From Nitrospirae bacterium MYbin3 (GTDB taxonomy: Bacteria; Nitrospirota; Thermodesulfovibrionia; Thermodesulfovibrionales; Dissulfurispiraceae): 32,413 bases of DNA. A program made the translations under genes and the position numbers. The stretch is taken from assembly GCA_002753335.1 (NCBI GenBank), contig PEAD01000032.1, positions 1-32,413 of the forward strand, written 5' to 3'. Shown here piece by piece: positions 9,808-19,642 of the stretch (the first letter of the stretch is position 1; each line of letters starts with the position of its first letter). Under the pieces are notes generated by a model that made no database searches, was not told where the DNA came from, and saw only the letters and a list, made by a program, of their open reading frames with translations.

Positions 9808-10758
9808 ATGTTTCGACCACAGATAAAGGTTTTGGACTGCACTGTCCGCGACGGGGGACTGATAAATAAATGGCAGTTCAGTGATGATTTTGTGGGCAAG
9901 GTTTTTCAGGCGCTTACGCTTGCCGGCATAGATTATATGGAGATTGGCTATAAATCATCCGAGAAATATTTTTGCCGTATTGAGCATGGTGCATGGAAGT
10001 TCTGCACAGAAGACGATATTAAGCGGGTTATAGGGGACAATAAAGGCGAAATGAAGCTTTCTGCAATGGCTGATATCGGAAGGATTGACTCTTGCGATAT
10101 CTCTCCGAAAAGTGACAGTGTGCTTGATATGATCAGGGTTGCTTGCTATGCGCACGAGACGGATAAGGCTGTCAGCTTGGCGCATCTCTGTCAGGATAAG
10201 GGATATGAAGTGACTATAAATCTTATGGCTGTGTCGAAGGTTATCGAGAGGGATCTGGATGAGGCGCTAAATGATCTTTCAAAAAGCAGCGTGCCTGTCA
10301 TATATCTTGTTGACAGCTTCGGAGCCATGTATTCTGAGCAGATCCATTTTCTTGCAAAAAAATATTTTGAGGCGATGCCCGGAAAAGAACTCGGCATTCA
10401 TGCACACAATAACCAGCAGCTTGCTTTTGCCAATACGATTGAGGCGATCATAGCAGGCATTAACCGCATTGATGCCACTATCTATGGAATGGGAAGGGGC
10501 GCAGGCAATTGCCCTCTCGAACTGCTTATGAGTTTTCTGAGAAATCCTAAATTTGACATGAGGCCTATTTTGGAGGTCATTCAGGAGTTATTCATTTCTT
10601 TAAAAGCCGAAGTCGAATGGGGATACCACATCCCATACATGATCACCGGAATTCTGAATGAGCATCCGAGAAGCGGCATGAAGGCGATGGCTGCTAAAGA
10701 GATGCCTAATCTGAGGAAGCTTTACGAGGACCTGAGGGATGGAACTTCCCTAGATTAA
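9808..10758 (+). CDS. DRE-TIM metallolyase (HMGL-like / 4-hydroxy-2-oxovalerate aldolase-like catalytic domain)
   Basis: LDCTVRDGG, YLVDSFG, GIHAHNN and GMGRGAGNCPLE; RBS AGGAGG before ATG 9808. Confidence 0.85.
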   Translation: MFRPQIKVLDCTVRDGGLINKWQFSDDFVGKVFQALTLAGIDYMEIGYKSSEKYFCRIEHGAWKFCTEDDIKRVIGDNKGEMKLSAMADIGRIDSCDISPKSDSVLDMIRVACYAHETDKAVSLAHLCQDKGYEVTINLMAVSKVIERDLDEALNDLSKSSVPVIYLVDSFGAMYSEQIHFLAKKYFEAMPGKELGIHAHNNQQLAFANTIEAIIAGINRIDATIYGMGRGAGNCPLELLMSFLRNPKFDMRPILEVIQELFISLKAEVEWGYHIPYMITGILNEHPRSGMKAMAAKEMPNLRKLYEDLRDGTSLD

Positions 10759-10759
10759 A

Positions 10760-11281
10760 CTACATCTCTTTTTTAAATACCGCTATATACGGCAGGTTTC
10801 TGAAGTTGCTGTTGTAGTCGAGCCCGTAGCCGACCACAAATTCGTTCGGGATGTCGAAGCCCACATAGTCAATCGGCACATCCACAAGCCGCCGCTCTTT
10901 TTTGTCCAAGAAAACGCATATCTTAAGGCTTTCGGGGCTTTGTGACAGAACTCTTTCGCGTATGTGGTTTAGCGATATGCCAGTGTCTGCAATGTCATCT
11001 ATTAAAAGGATATGTTTTCCCGCAATGTCTTCCTTGATATCATAATGCACCTTGACATCCCCTGTGGAGCTGCTCTTCAGGTAGCTTGAAGACACGATAA
11101 AATCAACTTTCACCGAGACTGAGAGAGCCCTGATTAAGTCAGCGTAAAACATGAAGGCGCCTTTTAGAATCCCGACCGCCACAATTTCTTTGCCTCTGTA
11201 GTCGCTCGAAATATTATTGGCAAGCTCAGCAACCCTTTTATTTATCTGCTCCACGCTCAAAAGTGTTTTTCCTGTTATCAT
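10760..11281 (-). CDS. hpt: Hypoxanthine phosphoribosyltransferase
   Basis: ILKGAFMFYADL, PRPP-binding LLIDDIADTG and FVVGYGLDY...RNLPYI; GGAGG before ATG 11281. Confidence 0.93.
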   Translation of the reverse strand: MITGKTLLSVEQINKRVAELANNISSDYRGKEIVAVGILKGAFMFYADLIRALSVSVKVDFIVSSSYLKSSSTGDVKVHYDIKEDIAGKHILLIDDIADTGISLNHIRERVLSQSPESLKICVFLDKKERRLVDVPIDYVGFDIPNEFVVGYGLDYNSNFRNLPYIAVFKKEM

Positions 11282-11365
11282 GTAGCCCCTCCGTCTAAAG
11301 TTCAACTATTTTAAATCATTCTAAACCTTTTTGCATAAACGCATTTTTAGACCGTATAATTTCAG

Positions 11366-14098
11366 ATGGTCAAGATATTTTTTGTTCCGCCTTCGTTCAG
11401 GGGGGGGACCGAGATGTTGTTAAGGAAAGCTGTTAAGGATATAAAAAATCCTAAAGATTATTCCGGAATGCTTTACCTTGCTGCTGAGTCTGCATTGCTC
11501 AACACAGCGAGAAAGACTTTTCATATAATCATAAATGAACTGTATGCCGAATCCTGCTATGCCCCTCCGCGCATGAACACTATTATCCAGTATGCCAAGG
11601 GACTGTTCGATTTTGAGGGAGACAAGAGGGTTGTGGGAAGGGAGTTAGTGCCTGTAATTCTTTCTGCAGTAAGTTCACAAAGCCTCGGGTTTTCATGTCT
11701 TACCGCAGATTTTATTTCTGACATAAGACATGTTTTTTTGTGCGAAAAACCGGTGACCGTAAAAGCTATGCTTTTTGAACAGATGCATTCGCTGGATATT
11801 GCGGATCCGGTTTTGAAGGGGGTTGGGGACGCTTTAGACCTTTGGGCGAGGTATTCTGATTTTCTGAGTTATAACGGATTGATAGATGACGACGACCTGA
11901 TAATAAGACACGAGGAACTTCTGCCCAAAATAGAAAACTCAAATAATAAAACCCTTATCCTTGATGGCTTCTTTGACCTCAGAAATTCAGAGAAATCATT
12001 CCTTAAGAAAATCATTTCAAGCTTCAATACAACGCTTGTCCTGATTCCTTATCATACTGAGCACCGACAGTTGACTGCAGATTTTGAAACCTTTCTCGAT
12101 GCGGATTTTGAGACCGAGAAGATTTTTCTGGAGGACGAAGACAGTCAGGACAAGCTCGCCTACCACTCTTATTCTGACATGGAGGAGGAGATTGAAGAAA
12201 TAGCCAAGGCGATAAAATCGCTTTTTGTGTCTGGCCAATCGAGAGAGCTCGAAAAAATCGCGGTCACATTTCCTGATCTGCAAAAATACGGAAGCATGCT
12301 GAACCGCGTATTCAGGCGTTATGGAATACCTCTTGATATGCCTGATGCGCCGTCTTTTCTGTGGTTGCGGGCATTTTCGGACCTCCTAAGTCTTGTTGAT
12401 TCTATCGCAGACAACTATTCACGCAATCTTTTTACATCATTCATGGCATCGCCGTATTTTGGAAGAACTCCCGAAACCCTGAGAAGATGGATGCCGTCCT
12501 TGTCTGTTATGTCGGGCGTTGTTTCCGGAAAGGATTCATGGCTCGATTTTGCGGTTCAAGGCGGAGAGACGGTTGATATCTTGGCCATTCAAGATGCAAG
12601 CTCTTTTGAGAAAGACCTGAACTTTGTTTTTGACCTGCTGGCGCCGCTCGAAATCTTGAAAAACGGAGCAAGGTTGACAGAGTTTGCTATGGCCTTAAAA
12701 AAATGTCTCTCTTTGCTTGGGTTCCCTTCAGTGGAGGATTTTGAAAAGAGAGGCAAGATTGTAGAGATTATCGAAGGTGTTTTTGAAAAACTTATTTTTA
12801 TAGGAGAGATGTCTCCCATAAAAATTGATATTGCAGGATTCAGCGAGGTGTTGCGCCATCTTCTTATGAATCAGGAAATTCATAAGGAATCTTCGGGAGT
12901 AAAAATATGCGGAATGGCCGAGGCGCTTGCGCTGTCGCCCGAATATCTTTTTGTCGGAGGGCTTACCGAATCGGACATGCCTGCCCATGGCGCTGCCGAA
13001 TACATTCTTCCAGACAGTGCCAGAAAAAAGGCTGGCTTGCTCTATATGGACAAGCATATTGAGTTGCAGCAGTTCATGTTTCAAAGGATTTTGAAATGCT
13101 CACCTCATGTCAGCCTGTCGTATCCTGCAATGGAGGGCGATGATATGTTTTTGCCGTCGCCGTTTTTATTCGGGGGTGAACATGTTCCAAGGCGTCTGCC
13201 CGGAATATATTCCCCTTCGGAACTTATGATGTCATCCGAAAAAAAATCACTAACAGGACATTACAGGGAAATAAATTCTCAGGCTTATGCCTCATCTGCA
13301 AAAAATGCGATTCTGCGGGTTACGGATATTGATGCGTACAGAAACTGTCCCCGGCTATTCTTTGTGCGAAAGGCAATCGGGGCAGAGCCTTTGAGCGTAA
13401 AGGAATATGGGCTTGAGGCCTTAACTTTGGGTTTGCTCGCGCACAGGATAATGGAGCGTCTGATAAAAGAGCCGCTTCCTGACCTCAACACATTTATCGA
13501 AAAAGCACGGGGCATTATTGATGAGGAATTGAGAGACAAAAAGGTCCAGCCCTACTGGAGAGATATTGTCGCGGATACTTTTATGGAAACCATTCCGGTC
13601 ATTTACGATAAGGAGCTTGAAATCAGGAACAGCGGATATTCTACTAGTGAAGTAGAGAGAACCATAACGGGTGAGCCGATGAAAGGCATAAGGCTGAAAG
13701 GAAAGATAGACCGTTTTGACCGGATTGGCGATAGTGTTCAGATTATAGATTATAAGACCGGCGTTGCTGATATTACCTGTTCGCAGGTTGAAAAGGGTAC
13801 GCAAAATTTGCAGCTCTTTCTTTATGCCGCCATAATGAAAAGTCAGGGATACAAGGTAAACAGAGTAGGTATTTATTCGCTCAAGGATATAAGCATCAAA
13901 TGGTGTCCATCAGGGAGGAGAAAAAAGAGTGATGGGGCATCCGGCAATCCTATGGATAATCTCATAATTGCATCGCTCGGATTTCTTGAAGAGACGATTG
14001 AACTTATGAGGGCAGGAGATTTTGCCGCAAACCCTATCAATGAATACAACTGCAGACGGTGCCCAGAAAATCCGTTCTGCCCCTATATACAGCAATAA
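11366..14098 (+). CDS. addB: AddB/RexB-like nuclease subunit (inactive helicase fold + PD-(D/E)XK nuclease with Fe-S staple cysteines)
   Basis: YRNCPRLFF, GKIDRFD...IIDYKTG, QLFLY and C-terminal CRRCPENPFC. Confidence 0.75.
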   Translation: MVKIFFVPPSFRGGTEMLLRKAVKDIKNPKDYSGMLYLAAESALLNTARKTFHIIINELYAESCYAPPRMNTIIQYAKGLFDFEGDKRVVGRELVPVILSAVSSQSLGFSCLTADFISDIRHVFLCEKPVTVKAMLFEQMHSLDIADPVLKGVGDALDLWARYSDFLSYNGLIDDDDLIIRHEELLPKIENSNNKTLILDGFFDLRNSEKSFLKKIISSFNTTLVLIPYHTEHRQLTADFETFLDADFETEKIFLEDEDSQDKLAYHSYSDMEEEIEEIAKAIKSLFVSGQSRELEKIAVTFPDLQKYGSMLNRVFRRYGIPLDMPDAPSFLWLRAFSDLLSLVDSIADNYSRNLFTSFMASPYFGRTPETLRRWMPSLSVMSGVVSGKDSWLDFAVQGGETVDILAIQDASSFEKDLNFVFDLLAPLEILKNGARLTEFAMALKKCLSLLGFPSVEDFEKRGKIVEIIEGVFEKLIFIGEMSPIKIDIAGFSEVLRHLLMNQEIHKESSGVKICGMAEALALSPEYLFVGGLTESDMPAHGAAEYILPDSARKKAGLLYMDKHIELQQFMFQRILKCSPHVSLSYPAMEGDDMFLPSPFLFGGEHVPRRLPGIYSPSELMMSSEKKSLTGHYREINSQAYASSAKNAILRVTDIDAYRNCPRLFFVRKAIGAEPLSVKEYGLEALTLGLLAHRIMERLIKEPLPDLNTFIEKARGIIDEELRDKKVQPYWRDIVADTFMETIPVIYDKELEIRNSGYSTSEVERTITGEPMKGIRLKGKIDRFDRIGDSVQIIDYKTGVADITCSQVEKGTQNLQLFLYAAIMKSQGYKVNRVGIYSLKDISIKWCPSGRRKKSDGASGNPMDNLIIASLGFLEETIELMRAGDFAANPINEYNCRRCPENPFCPYIQQ

Positions 14099-14110
14099 AT
14101 GGAGGATATG

Positions 14111-14986
14111 ATGAGAAGAAAAACTTTTTTGCTTTTGGTTTTAGTTGTTATGTTCGCGATGTCCTGCGTGCAGAAGGAGTCTGTGCAGCCTCAGCAGCAG
14201 CCCGCCAAGATTGCGGTGGTGCTCGGCGCAGGCGCTTCAAAGGGTTTCGCGCATATAGGGGTTTTTAAGATTCTTGAGATGAACAAGGTTCCTGTGCATA
14301 TGGTCGTAGGAACCAGCGCAGGAAGTTTTGTAGGCAGCCTGTACGCTTACGGCTTTAATGCTTTTCAGCTGCAGAAAATAGCGTTATCTTTAGAGAAAAG
14401 TGATGTTGCGGATTTAACAATTCCGGACAACGGCTTTATAAAAGGCGAAAAGCTTGAGGAGTACATAAACAGAATGGTTAAAAATACGCCTATGGAAAAG
14501 TTCAGAACGCCGTTTTATGCGGTTGCCACCAATATTCAGAACGGACAGGAGACTATCTTTGGTCAGGGCAACGCAGGCATTGCTGTGCGCTCTAGCTGCT
14601 CTATTCCGGGCGTTTTCAGGCCTGTTAAATCAGGGGGCAAGATGTATGTTGACGGAGGGGTTGTAAGTCCTGTTGCGGTTGATGCAGCGCGAAAATACGG
14701 GGCTGATTTTGTTATTGCGGTTGACATATCAGGAGATGTTGACAGTTCCCAGCCGCAGGGTACGCTCGAAAATATTCTTCAATCCATAAATATTATGTAT
14801 TCGAAGATTGCTGCGGTTCAGCTCGCCAAGGCAGATATTGTTATAAAGCCCAAAGTCGGTTATATAGGATCTGCTGATTTCGACAAGCGGCATGAAGCGA
14901 TTTTAGAGGGAGAAAAGGCGGCGTCAGAGGCGATGCCTAAGATAAACGCTTTAATCAAGAGACTCAAACAGGAAGGAAGACTATAA
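14111..14986 (+). CDS. Patatin-like phospholipase, lipoprotein
   Basis: Lipobox FAMS-C; GAGASKG oxyanion loop, GTSAG nucleophile and DGG motif. GGAGG spacing favours ATG 14111 (14108 is possible). Confidence 0.9.
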   Translation: MRRKTFLLLVLVVMFAMSCVQKESVQPQQQPAKIAVVLGAGASKGFAHIGVFKILEMNKVPVHMVVGTSAGSFVGSLYAYGFNAFQLQKIALSLEKSDVADLTIPDNGFIKGEKLEEYINRMVKNTPMEKFRTPFYAVATNIQNGQETIFGQGNAGIAVRSSCSIPGVFRPVKSGGKMYVDGGVVSPVAVDAARKYGADFVIAVDISGDVDSSQPQGTLENILQSINIMYSKIAAVQLAKADIVIKPKVGYIGSADFDKRHEAILEGEKAASEAMPKINALIKRLKQEGRL

Positions 14987-15007
14987 ATCAAATTCGGAGG
15001 TGAAAAT

Positions 15008-15232
15008 ATGAAAAGAGCGTTGATTATGTTATGCACAGTTTTTATATTGTGCTTGTTTGGCTGCGGGGACAATGCTGCACAGCTTTTTGAAACAGCAAAG
15101 TTTGAGGAGCTTCAGAACAATAAGGAGCATGCGGTCAAACTTTACGAAGAGATTTTGAAGAAGCATCCTGACAGTGATTATGCGCGGAGGGCAAAAGAGA
15201 GGCTTTCTCAGATTAAGCCTGCGCAAAAATAG
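15008..15232 (+). CDS. Small TPR-like lipoprotein
   Basis: GGAGGTG RBS; lipobox LFG-C; single TPR-like unit A..LYEEILKKHPDS.YA..A..RL. Confidence 0.8.
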   Translation: MKRALIMLCTVFILCLFGCGDNAAQLFETAKFEELQNNKEHAVKLYEEILKKHPDSDYARRAKERLSQIKPAQK

Positions 15233-15234
15233 AA

Positions 15235-18200
15235 ATGGTCGAGAATTACCTCGATATATCTAAGAGCGTTATGATCTCTTCGCCTGCTGGTTCGGGCAAG
15301 ACCGAGAAGCTGGCGAGAAGGTATATAGCTTTGCTTAAACACGGTTCTGGTGTTGAGCGCATTCTGGCGATAACTTTTACCGAAAAGGCGGCTGCAGAGA
15401 TGAAGGAGAGAATCCTTAATATCCTGCAAAAAGATGATCCAGCAATGTTCGATGCGGTGCGGGCCAAGATGCCCAAGATGAGGATATCTACTATACATGC
15501 CTTTTGTCTTAAACTGCTTAAACGTTTTTGTCTGGAACTCGGTATGGACCCTGCCGTCAAGGTCATGGACAGTTTTGACTCAGACAACCTTTGGAATGAT
15601 TCTGTCTATGAAACCCTTATCGAGGACGGCAGGTCCGAAGAACGGCTCTTTTTGCAGGCGCTCAGAGATAAGGGAATCAAGGGCTGGGGCAGACTTTACA
15701 AACAGCTCGAAGAGCTTCATTCTCAAAGACCGCTTATAGAGCTTGGATTAAGAAAACAGAGCACAAGTGGGCCAAACAGTGATTGCAGCGGGATCGAAAT
15801 GCTGTTGAAGCTTTACAGGGGATGCCTTGAAAACTATACAAAGAAAAAGCGGCAGCGGCACCTGCTAGATTACAACGACCTTGAACTTGCGGCCTATGAT
15901 GCCATATCTCAAAATCCGGAGTGGCTTAATGTCCTCTATTCATTTGACGAGCATACCGACCATATTCTTGTCGATGAATTTCAGGACACCAGCTCTCTTC
16001 AATGGAAAATTGTATATAAGCTTACAGAGGAGTGGCGGGCAGGGCAGGGGGCAAAGAGGGAATCTGGCATCAAACCCACCATATTTCTGGTCGGAGACGA
16101 CAAGCAGTCTATATATTCATTCAGGGGGGCTGATGTCAGTATTTTCAGGAATGCACGGAACAGCCTGTCAGAGTGGCTCGGCGCTGAATATCATTTTGTG
16201 GAGGTTAAAGAGAATTACCGCAGTCTTCCTGCAGTCGTAAATTTTATAAATACTTTTTTTGAGAAACTTATGCCCAAGGGCTTATATGACGGAATGAGAG
16301 TTGAGTATTCCCCTTTTGATGCTGTAAGAACAGGATTGGGTGATGTAAGTTTGAGCGTAATTGAAGGCAGCGGGGTTTCGAGGGATGACAGGCGTTCAGA
16401 AGCGTTTCATGTAGCCTTAAAGATAAAAGATATGGTACGGAAAAAACTTGTTTATGACAGGGACAAACTAAGGGAATGTTCATTCGGTGATATGACGATA
16501 CTTCTCAGAAGCAGGACTCATCTAGGGCTTTTTGAAGATGCTCTAAGCCAAAACCAGATCCCGCTGCAATCACTGTTTGGCCCACTTGTGCTCTGTTTTC
16601 TTAATCCAAGCTCTATAAGCCAAAACCAGATCCCGTTTGTAGTTGTCAAAGGAATCGGTTTTTACAATACTCCTGAAGTGGCTCTTCTTAAGGATCTTTT
16701 ATTTTCGATAATAGACCCTCTTGACGATTACAGTCTTTTCAGTGTCCTGCGTTCACCTCTTTTTTCGATTAGATATGACTCAATTCTTGCGCTTGTCAGG
16801 AGTGTGGGAGCGAATAATTCTGGAGTAGGGGTTATTTATTCTGCGCTTCAAGCTCTTGCAGGCAGTTACAGCCCATCAAATCCAAGACAGAAGACTCTAT
16901 GGGCAGCCACCGAGGATAACAGGCTTGTTGAAGCTGCTGTGACGGTTAAGAGATGGATTGACGGTTCCAGAACCAAGGGCTACTCTCTTCTAATTGAGGA
17001 TATATTGGTAGAATCAAGATTATGGGGCTATCTGCATGAGAAGCAGCGGTATCTGAATGTAAAGAAATTTTTGAGACTTGTCGAAGGCTTTGAAGATGCG
17101 GGCTGCTCCGGGACAGAGATAAAAGAGAAGCTGATGAAGGCTTCTGATTATTCTGATGAGGGCAAAGCCAATGTTAACACAGAAGGCATGGACGCTGTAA
17201 AAATAATGACAATACATGCCTCGAAAGGTCTTCAGTTTCCGATAGTGTTTTTTACCTGTCTTGATGAAAAGCAGAAAGGATTCTCTAATACCGTTGCTAT
17301 GGAAGAAAGAGAAGACGGCTACTGGTTTGAGCATGAAGAAGATTCGGCTGCCAGAAAAGAGATGACTCTTTTTCAAAAGCAGAGAGAGAAAACAGAGGAT
17401 GAGGACAAAAGGCTTTTCTATGTTGCAGCTACAAGGGCCATGGACTGTCTTTGCATGTCAGGGGTTTTGAATAAAAAACCTTCCGGCAGACTTGCATATC
17501 TTTTTGATGTATTCGAACTTGGCATAGGAAAAGAAAGATTGAGTGATGAAGAGCTGCCTTTTGCGTTCAACTACATTAGTCCTGACAGTGCTGTCGAAAC
17601 GCAGGTTGAACAGCCATCAGAGTTTCACAAAAGCGCTCCCTCAAGATACGCAAAGATTGGTGCGGGACAGCGGAGAATAATTCATATTGAGCCTTTAGAT
17701 TACAAACCAAGACTCAGCTTTATGGATGTTACCGAAGAGGTTGACAGAATGCATAAGAAGCACGGTGATGACTGGATAACTCTCGGAAAGGTTTTGCACA
17801 AAGTTTTCGAAGGTGCTTCAAAAGGAATGATAAATCCTAAATATTTCTCAAAAAAGGCGCTGCTGATTTTGAGAAGAGAGGTGCGCTCTGATTTTTTATT
17901 TGCTAGACTGAGCGGTGTTTTGAATGTAGAAATCGAGAAAATTAAAGCATCTCCTTATTTCTCTGAAATAGTGCTGCCAAAAGAGAATTCCTACTCAGAG
18001 CTTCCATTTGTTCTCGAAAAAGGCAAGGCTGTGTATAACGGCAGAATAGACAGGATTATAATAAGGGATGGAAAGGCGTTTATTTACGACTATAAAACGT
18101 ATCCTGTGTCTGACAAAGAAATACCGGAGCTGAAAAAACATTATTCGTTCCAGATGACACTATACAAAGAAGCTGTCGAAAAACTATTCGGTATGAGCGC

Positions 18201-18252
18201 AGAATCTTATATCTTATTCTCTTATCAGCCATCACTGTTTTTTGTTGCCTGA
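15235..18252 (+). CDS. addA: AddA/RecB-like UvrD-family helicase-nuclease
   Basis: AGSGKT, AITFTEKAA.EMK.RI, VDEFQDTS, VGDDKQSIYSFRGA, MTIHASKGLQF, LFYVAATRA, and C-terminal GRIDR..YDYKT nuclease. Confidence 0.85.
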   Translation: MVENYLDISKSVMISSPAGSGKTEKLARRYIALLKHGSGVERILAITFTEKAAAEMKERILNILQKDDPAMFDAVRAKMPKMRISTIHAFCLKLLKRFCLELGMDPAVKVMDSFDSDNLWNDSVYETLIEDGRSEERLFLQALRDKGIKGWGRLYKQLEELHSQRPLIELGLRKQSTSGPNSDCSGIEMLLKLYRGCLENYTKKKRQRHLLDYNDLELAAYDAISQNPEWLNVLYSFDEHTDHILVDEFQDTSSLQWKIVYKLTEEWRAGQGAKRESGIKPTIFLVGDDKQSIYSFRGADVSIFRNARNSLSEWLGAEYHFVEVKENYRSLPAVVNFINTFFEKLMPKGLYDGMRVEYSPFDAVRTGLGDVSLSVIEGSGVSRDDRRSEAFHVALKIKDMVRKKLVYDRDKLRECSFGDMTILLRSRTHLGLFEDALSQNQIPLQSLFGPLVLCFLNPSSISQNQIPFVVVKGIGFYNTPEVALLKDLLFSIIDPLDDYSLFSVLRSPLFSIRYDSILALVRSVGANNSGVGVIYSALQALAGSYSPSNPRQKTLWAATEDNRLVEAAVTVKRWIDGSRTKGYSLLIEDILVESRLWGYLHEKQRYLNVKKFLRLVEGFEDAGCSGTEIKEKLMKASDYSDEGKANVNTEGMDAVKIMTIHASKGLQFPIVFFTCLDEKQKGFSNTVAMEEREDGYWFEHEEDSAARKEMTLFQKQREKTEDEDKRLFYVAATRAMDCLCMSGVLNKKPSGRLAYLFDVFELGIGKERLSDEELPFAFNYISPDSAVETQVEQPSEFHKSAPSRYAKIGAGQRRIIHIEPLDYKPRLSFMDVTEEVDRMHKKHGDDWITLGKVLHKVFEGASKGMINPKYFSKKALLILRREVRSDFLFARLSGVLNVEIEKIKASPYFSEIVLPKENSYSELPFVLEKGKAVYNGRIDRIIIRDGKAFIYDYKTYPVSDKEIPELKKHYSFQMTLYKEAVEKLFGMSAESYILFSYQPSLFFVA
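15732..15795. repeat. 64-bp perfect inverted repeat, donor copy
   Basis: GCTTATAGAGCTTGG...GATTGCAGCGGGATC is the exact reverse complement of 16557-16620. Confidence 0.95.
16544..16635. repeat. Inverted 64-bp copy (16557-16620) bracketed by a 20-bp direct repeat (16544-16563 and 16616-16635)
   Basis: TAAGCCAAAACCAGATCCCG occurs twice, 72 bp apart; the protein shows SQNQIP twice. Confidence 0.95.
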
Positions 18253-18257
18253 GGATT

Positions 18258-18731
18258 TTAAGAGAAAACAGAAAGCGCTTCTGAATCGCTGACCCGGGTT
18301 TCAAGAAACTCTTTTATGGCCTGTTGGGACTTCTCGTAATTCGCAATGGCGATTGCCCGTCCTGCTACAACGAAATCCTGAAACGAGGGGGTTGCAGGGG
18401 AAAGAGCCGCTCTTTTAACTTTTTCCATGTCGTCGATTACTTTTTCTGGAGGACCTGATGAGCCCATATCTATCGATACTCCACCCGCAATTACAAAGTT
18501 TGTACCGTCGGGGCCCTTCATATATTCGTAACTGGCGGTTGCATTGTGAGCTGATCCGGGTGCCATATGGGCAAGTTCATGGCTTATGACAGTACGCTGT
18601 ATTTTTTCAAGAGATTCTATGCGTGCATTTTGGGCAGATTTCAACTCAGACTTGCCGGATGGGAGCAGTCCTTTTCCAGCCGCAAGGTTTGCCAAAAACA
18701 CCTGAGAATGCATCTCTGCCGTAACTTTCAT
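18258..18731 (-). CDS. SprA-related family protein (putative metalloprotease, HExxH)
   Basis: V.SHELAH, SYEYMKGPDG..F.IAGGVSID and RAALSPA.PS.QD..VA. Confidence 0.8.
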   Translation of the reverse strand: MKVTAEMHSQVFLANLAAGKGLLPSGKSELKSAQNARIESLEKIQRTVISHELAHMAPGSAHNATASYEYMKGPDGTNFVIAGGVSIDMGSSGPPEKVIDDMEKVKRAALSPATPSFQDFVVAGRAIAIANYEKSQQAIKEFLETRVSDSEALSVFS

Positions 18732-18740
18732 ATATGTATC

Positions 18741-18767
18741 TTATCGGGGATTGTCACTTTTGCTTTA
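18741..18767 (-). promoter_or_regulatory. sigma28 (FliA)-type promoter
   Basis: Minus strand TAAA-N15-CCCGATAA versus the consensus TAAA-N15-GCCGATAA, 9 nt before the ATG. Confidence 0.7.
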
Positions 18768-18846
18768 TAAAATTTAATGGATATCGTATTTTTTTGTCAA
18801 TCATTGTGTATAATTTAAGACATTCTAGTTAAGAGGGGGTATAGTT

Positions 18847-19611
18847 ATGCTTGGATCAGCCTCAATGAGCCTTTTGTTTGTTGTTTTTATGGTGTTTTAT
18901 ATTCTTTCGAGCGCGATAAAGATTCTGAAGGAATACGAGCGAGGTGTTGTCTTCAGGCTCGGCAGAGTAATTCCTATAAGGGGGCCGGGCCTTGTGCTAA
19001 TATGGCCGATTATAGATAAGCTGGTAAAGGTTAGCTTGCGTACGGTTACTATGGACGTGCCGCCGCAGGACATTATCACAAAGGACAACATAACGGTTAA
19101 GGTAAATGCTGTAATCTACTTTAGGCCAATTGACCCCATAAAGGCTATTACCGAGGTCGAGGACTTTTACTATGCTACGTCGCAGATAGCACAGACCACG
19201 CTGCGCAGCATTCTTGGTCAGAGCCAGCTTGATGACCTGCTCGCAAAGAGGGATGAGCTTAACGCGGAACTGCAGAAAGTGATCGATATTCAGACCGAGC
19301 CTTGGGGAGTAAAGGTCTCTGCGGTTGAGGTGAAGAATGTGGATCTGCCGCCGGAGATGCTGCGTGCAATAGCCAAGCAGGCCGAAGCAGAGCGTGAACG
19401 GCGTGCCAAGATTATACATGCAGAAGGAGAGTTTCAGGCCTCGCAAAAGCTTGCTGACGCTGCAAAGATAATCTCCTCAGAGCCTGCTACTCTTCAGCTC
19501 CGATTCCTGCAGACGCTTACCGAAATTGCTACAGAGAAGAATTCGACCATTATTTTTCCGGTGCCTATCGACATCATAAAGCATTTTATGGAACGTGTAG
19601 AGAAAAAATAG
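18847..19611 (+). CDS. SPFH/band 7 stomatin-like (slipin) protein
   Basis: [43 protein letters not shown] and QLRFLQTL. Confidence 0.93.
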   Translation: MLGSASMSLLFVVFMVFYILSSAIKILKEYERGVVFRLGRVIPIRGPGLVLIWPIIDKLVKVSLRTVTMDVPPQDIITKDNITVKVNAVIYFRPIDPIKAITEVEDFYYATSQIAQTTLRSILGQSQLDDLLAKRDELNAELQKVIDIQTEPWGVKVSAVEVKNVDLPPEMLRAIAKQAEAERERRAKIIHAEGEFQASQKLADAAKIISSEPATLQLRFLQTLTEIATEKNSTIIFPVPIDIIKHFMERVEKK

Positions 19612-19642
19612 AAGGGCATTAACTTGAGAGGGGTAAAGGAAG

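Noticed and set aside
16544..16635. Direct repeat with spacer as a mini-CRISPR array or IS target-site duplication
   Set aside because: There are only two 20-bp copies inside a CDS, no cas or transposase genes, and the 'spacer' is fully explained as an inverted copy of the same gene.
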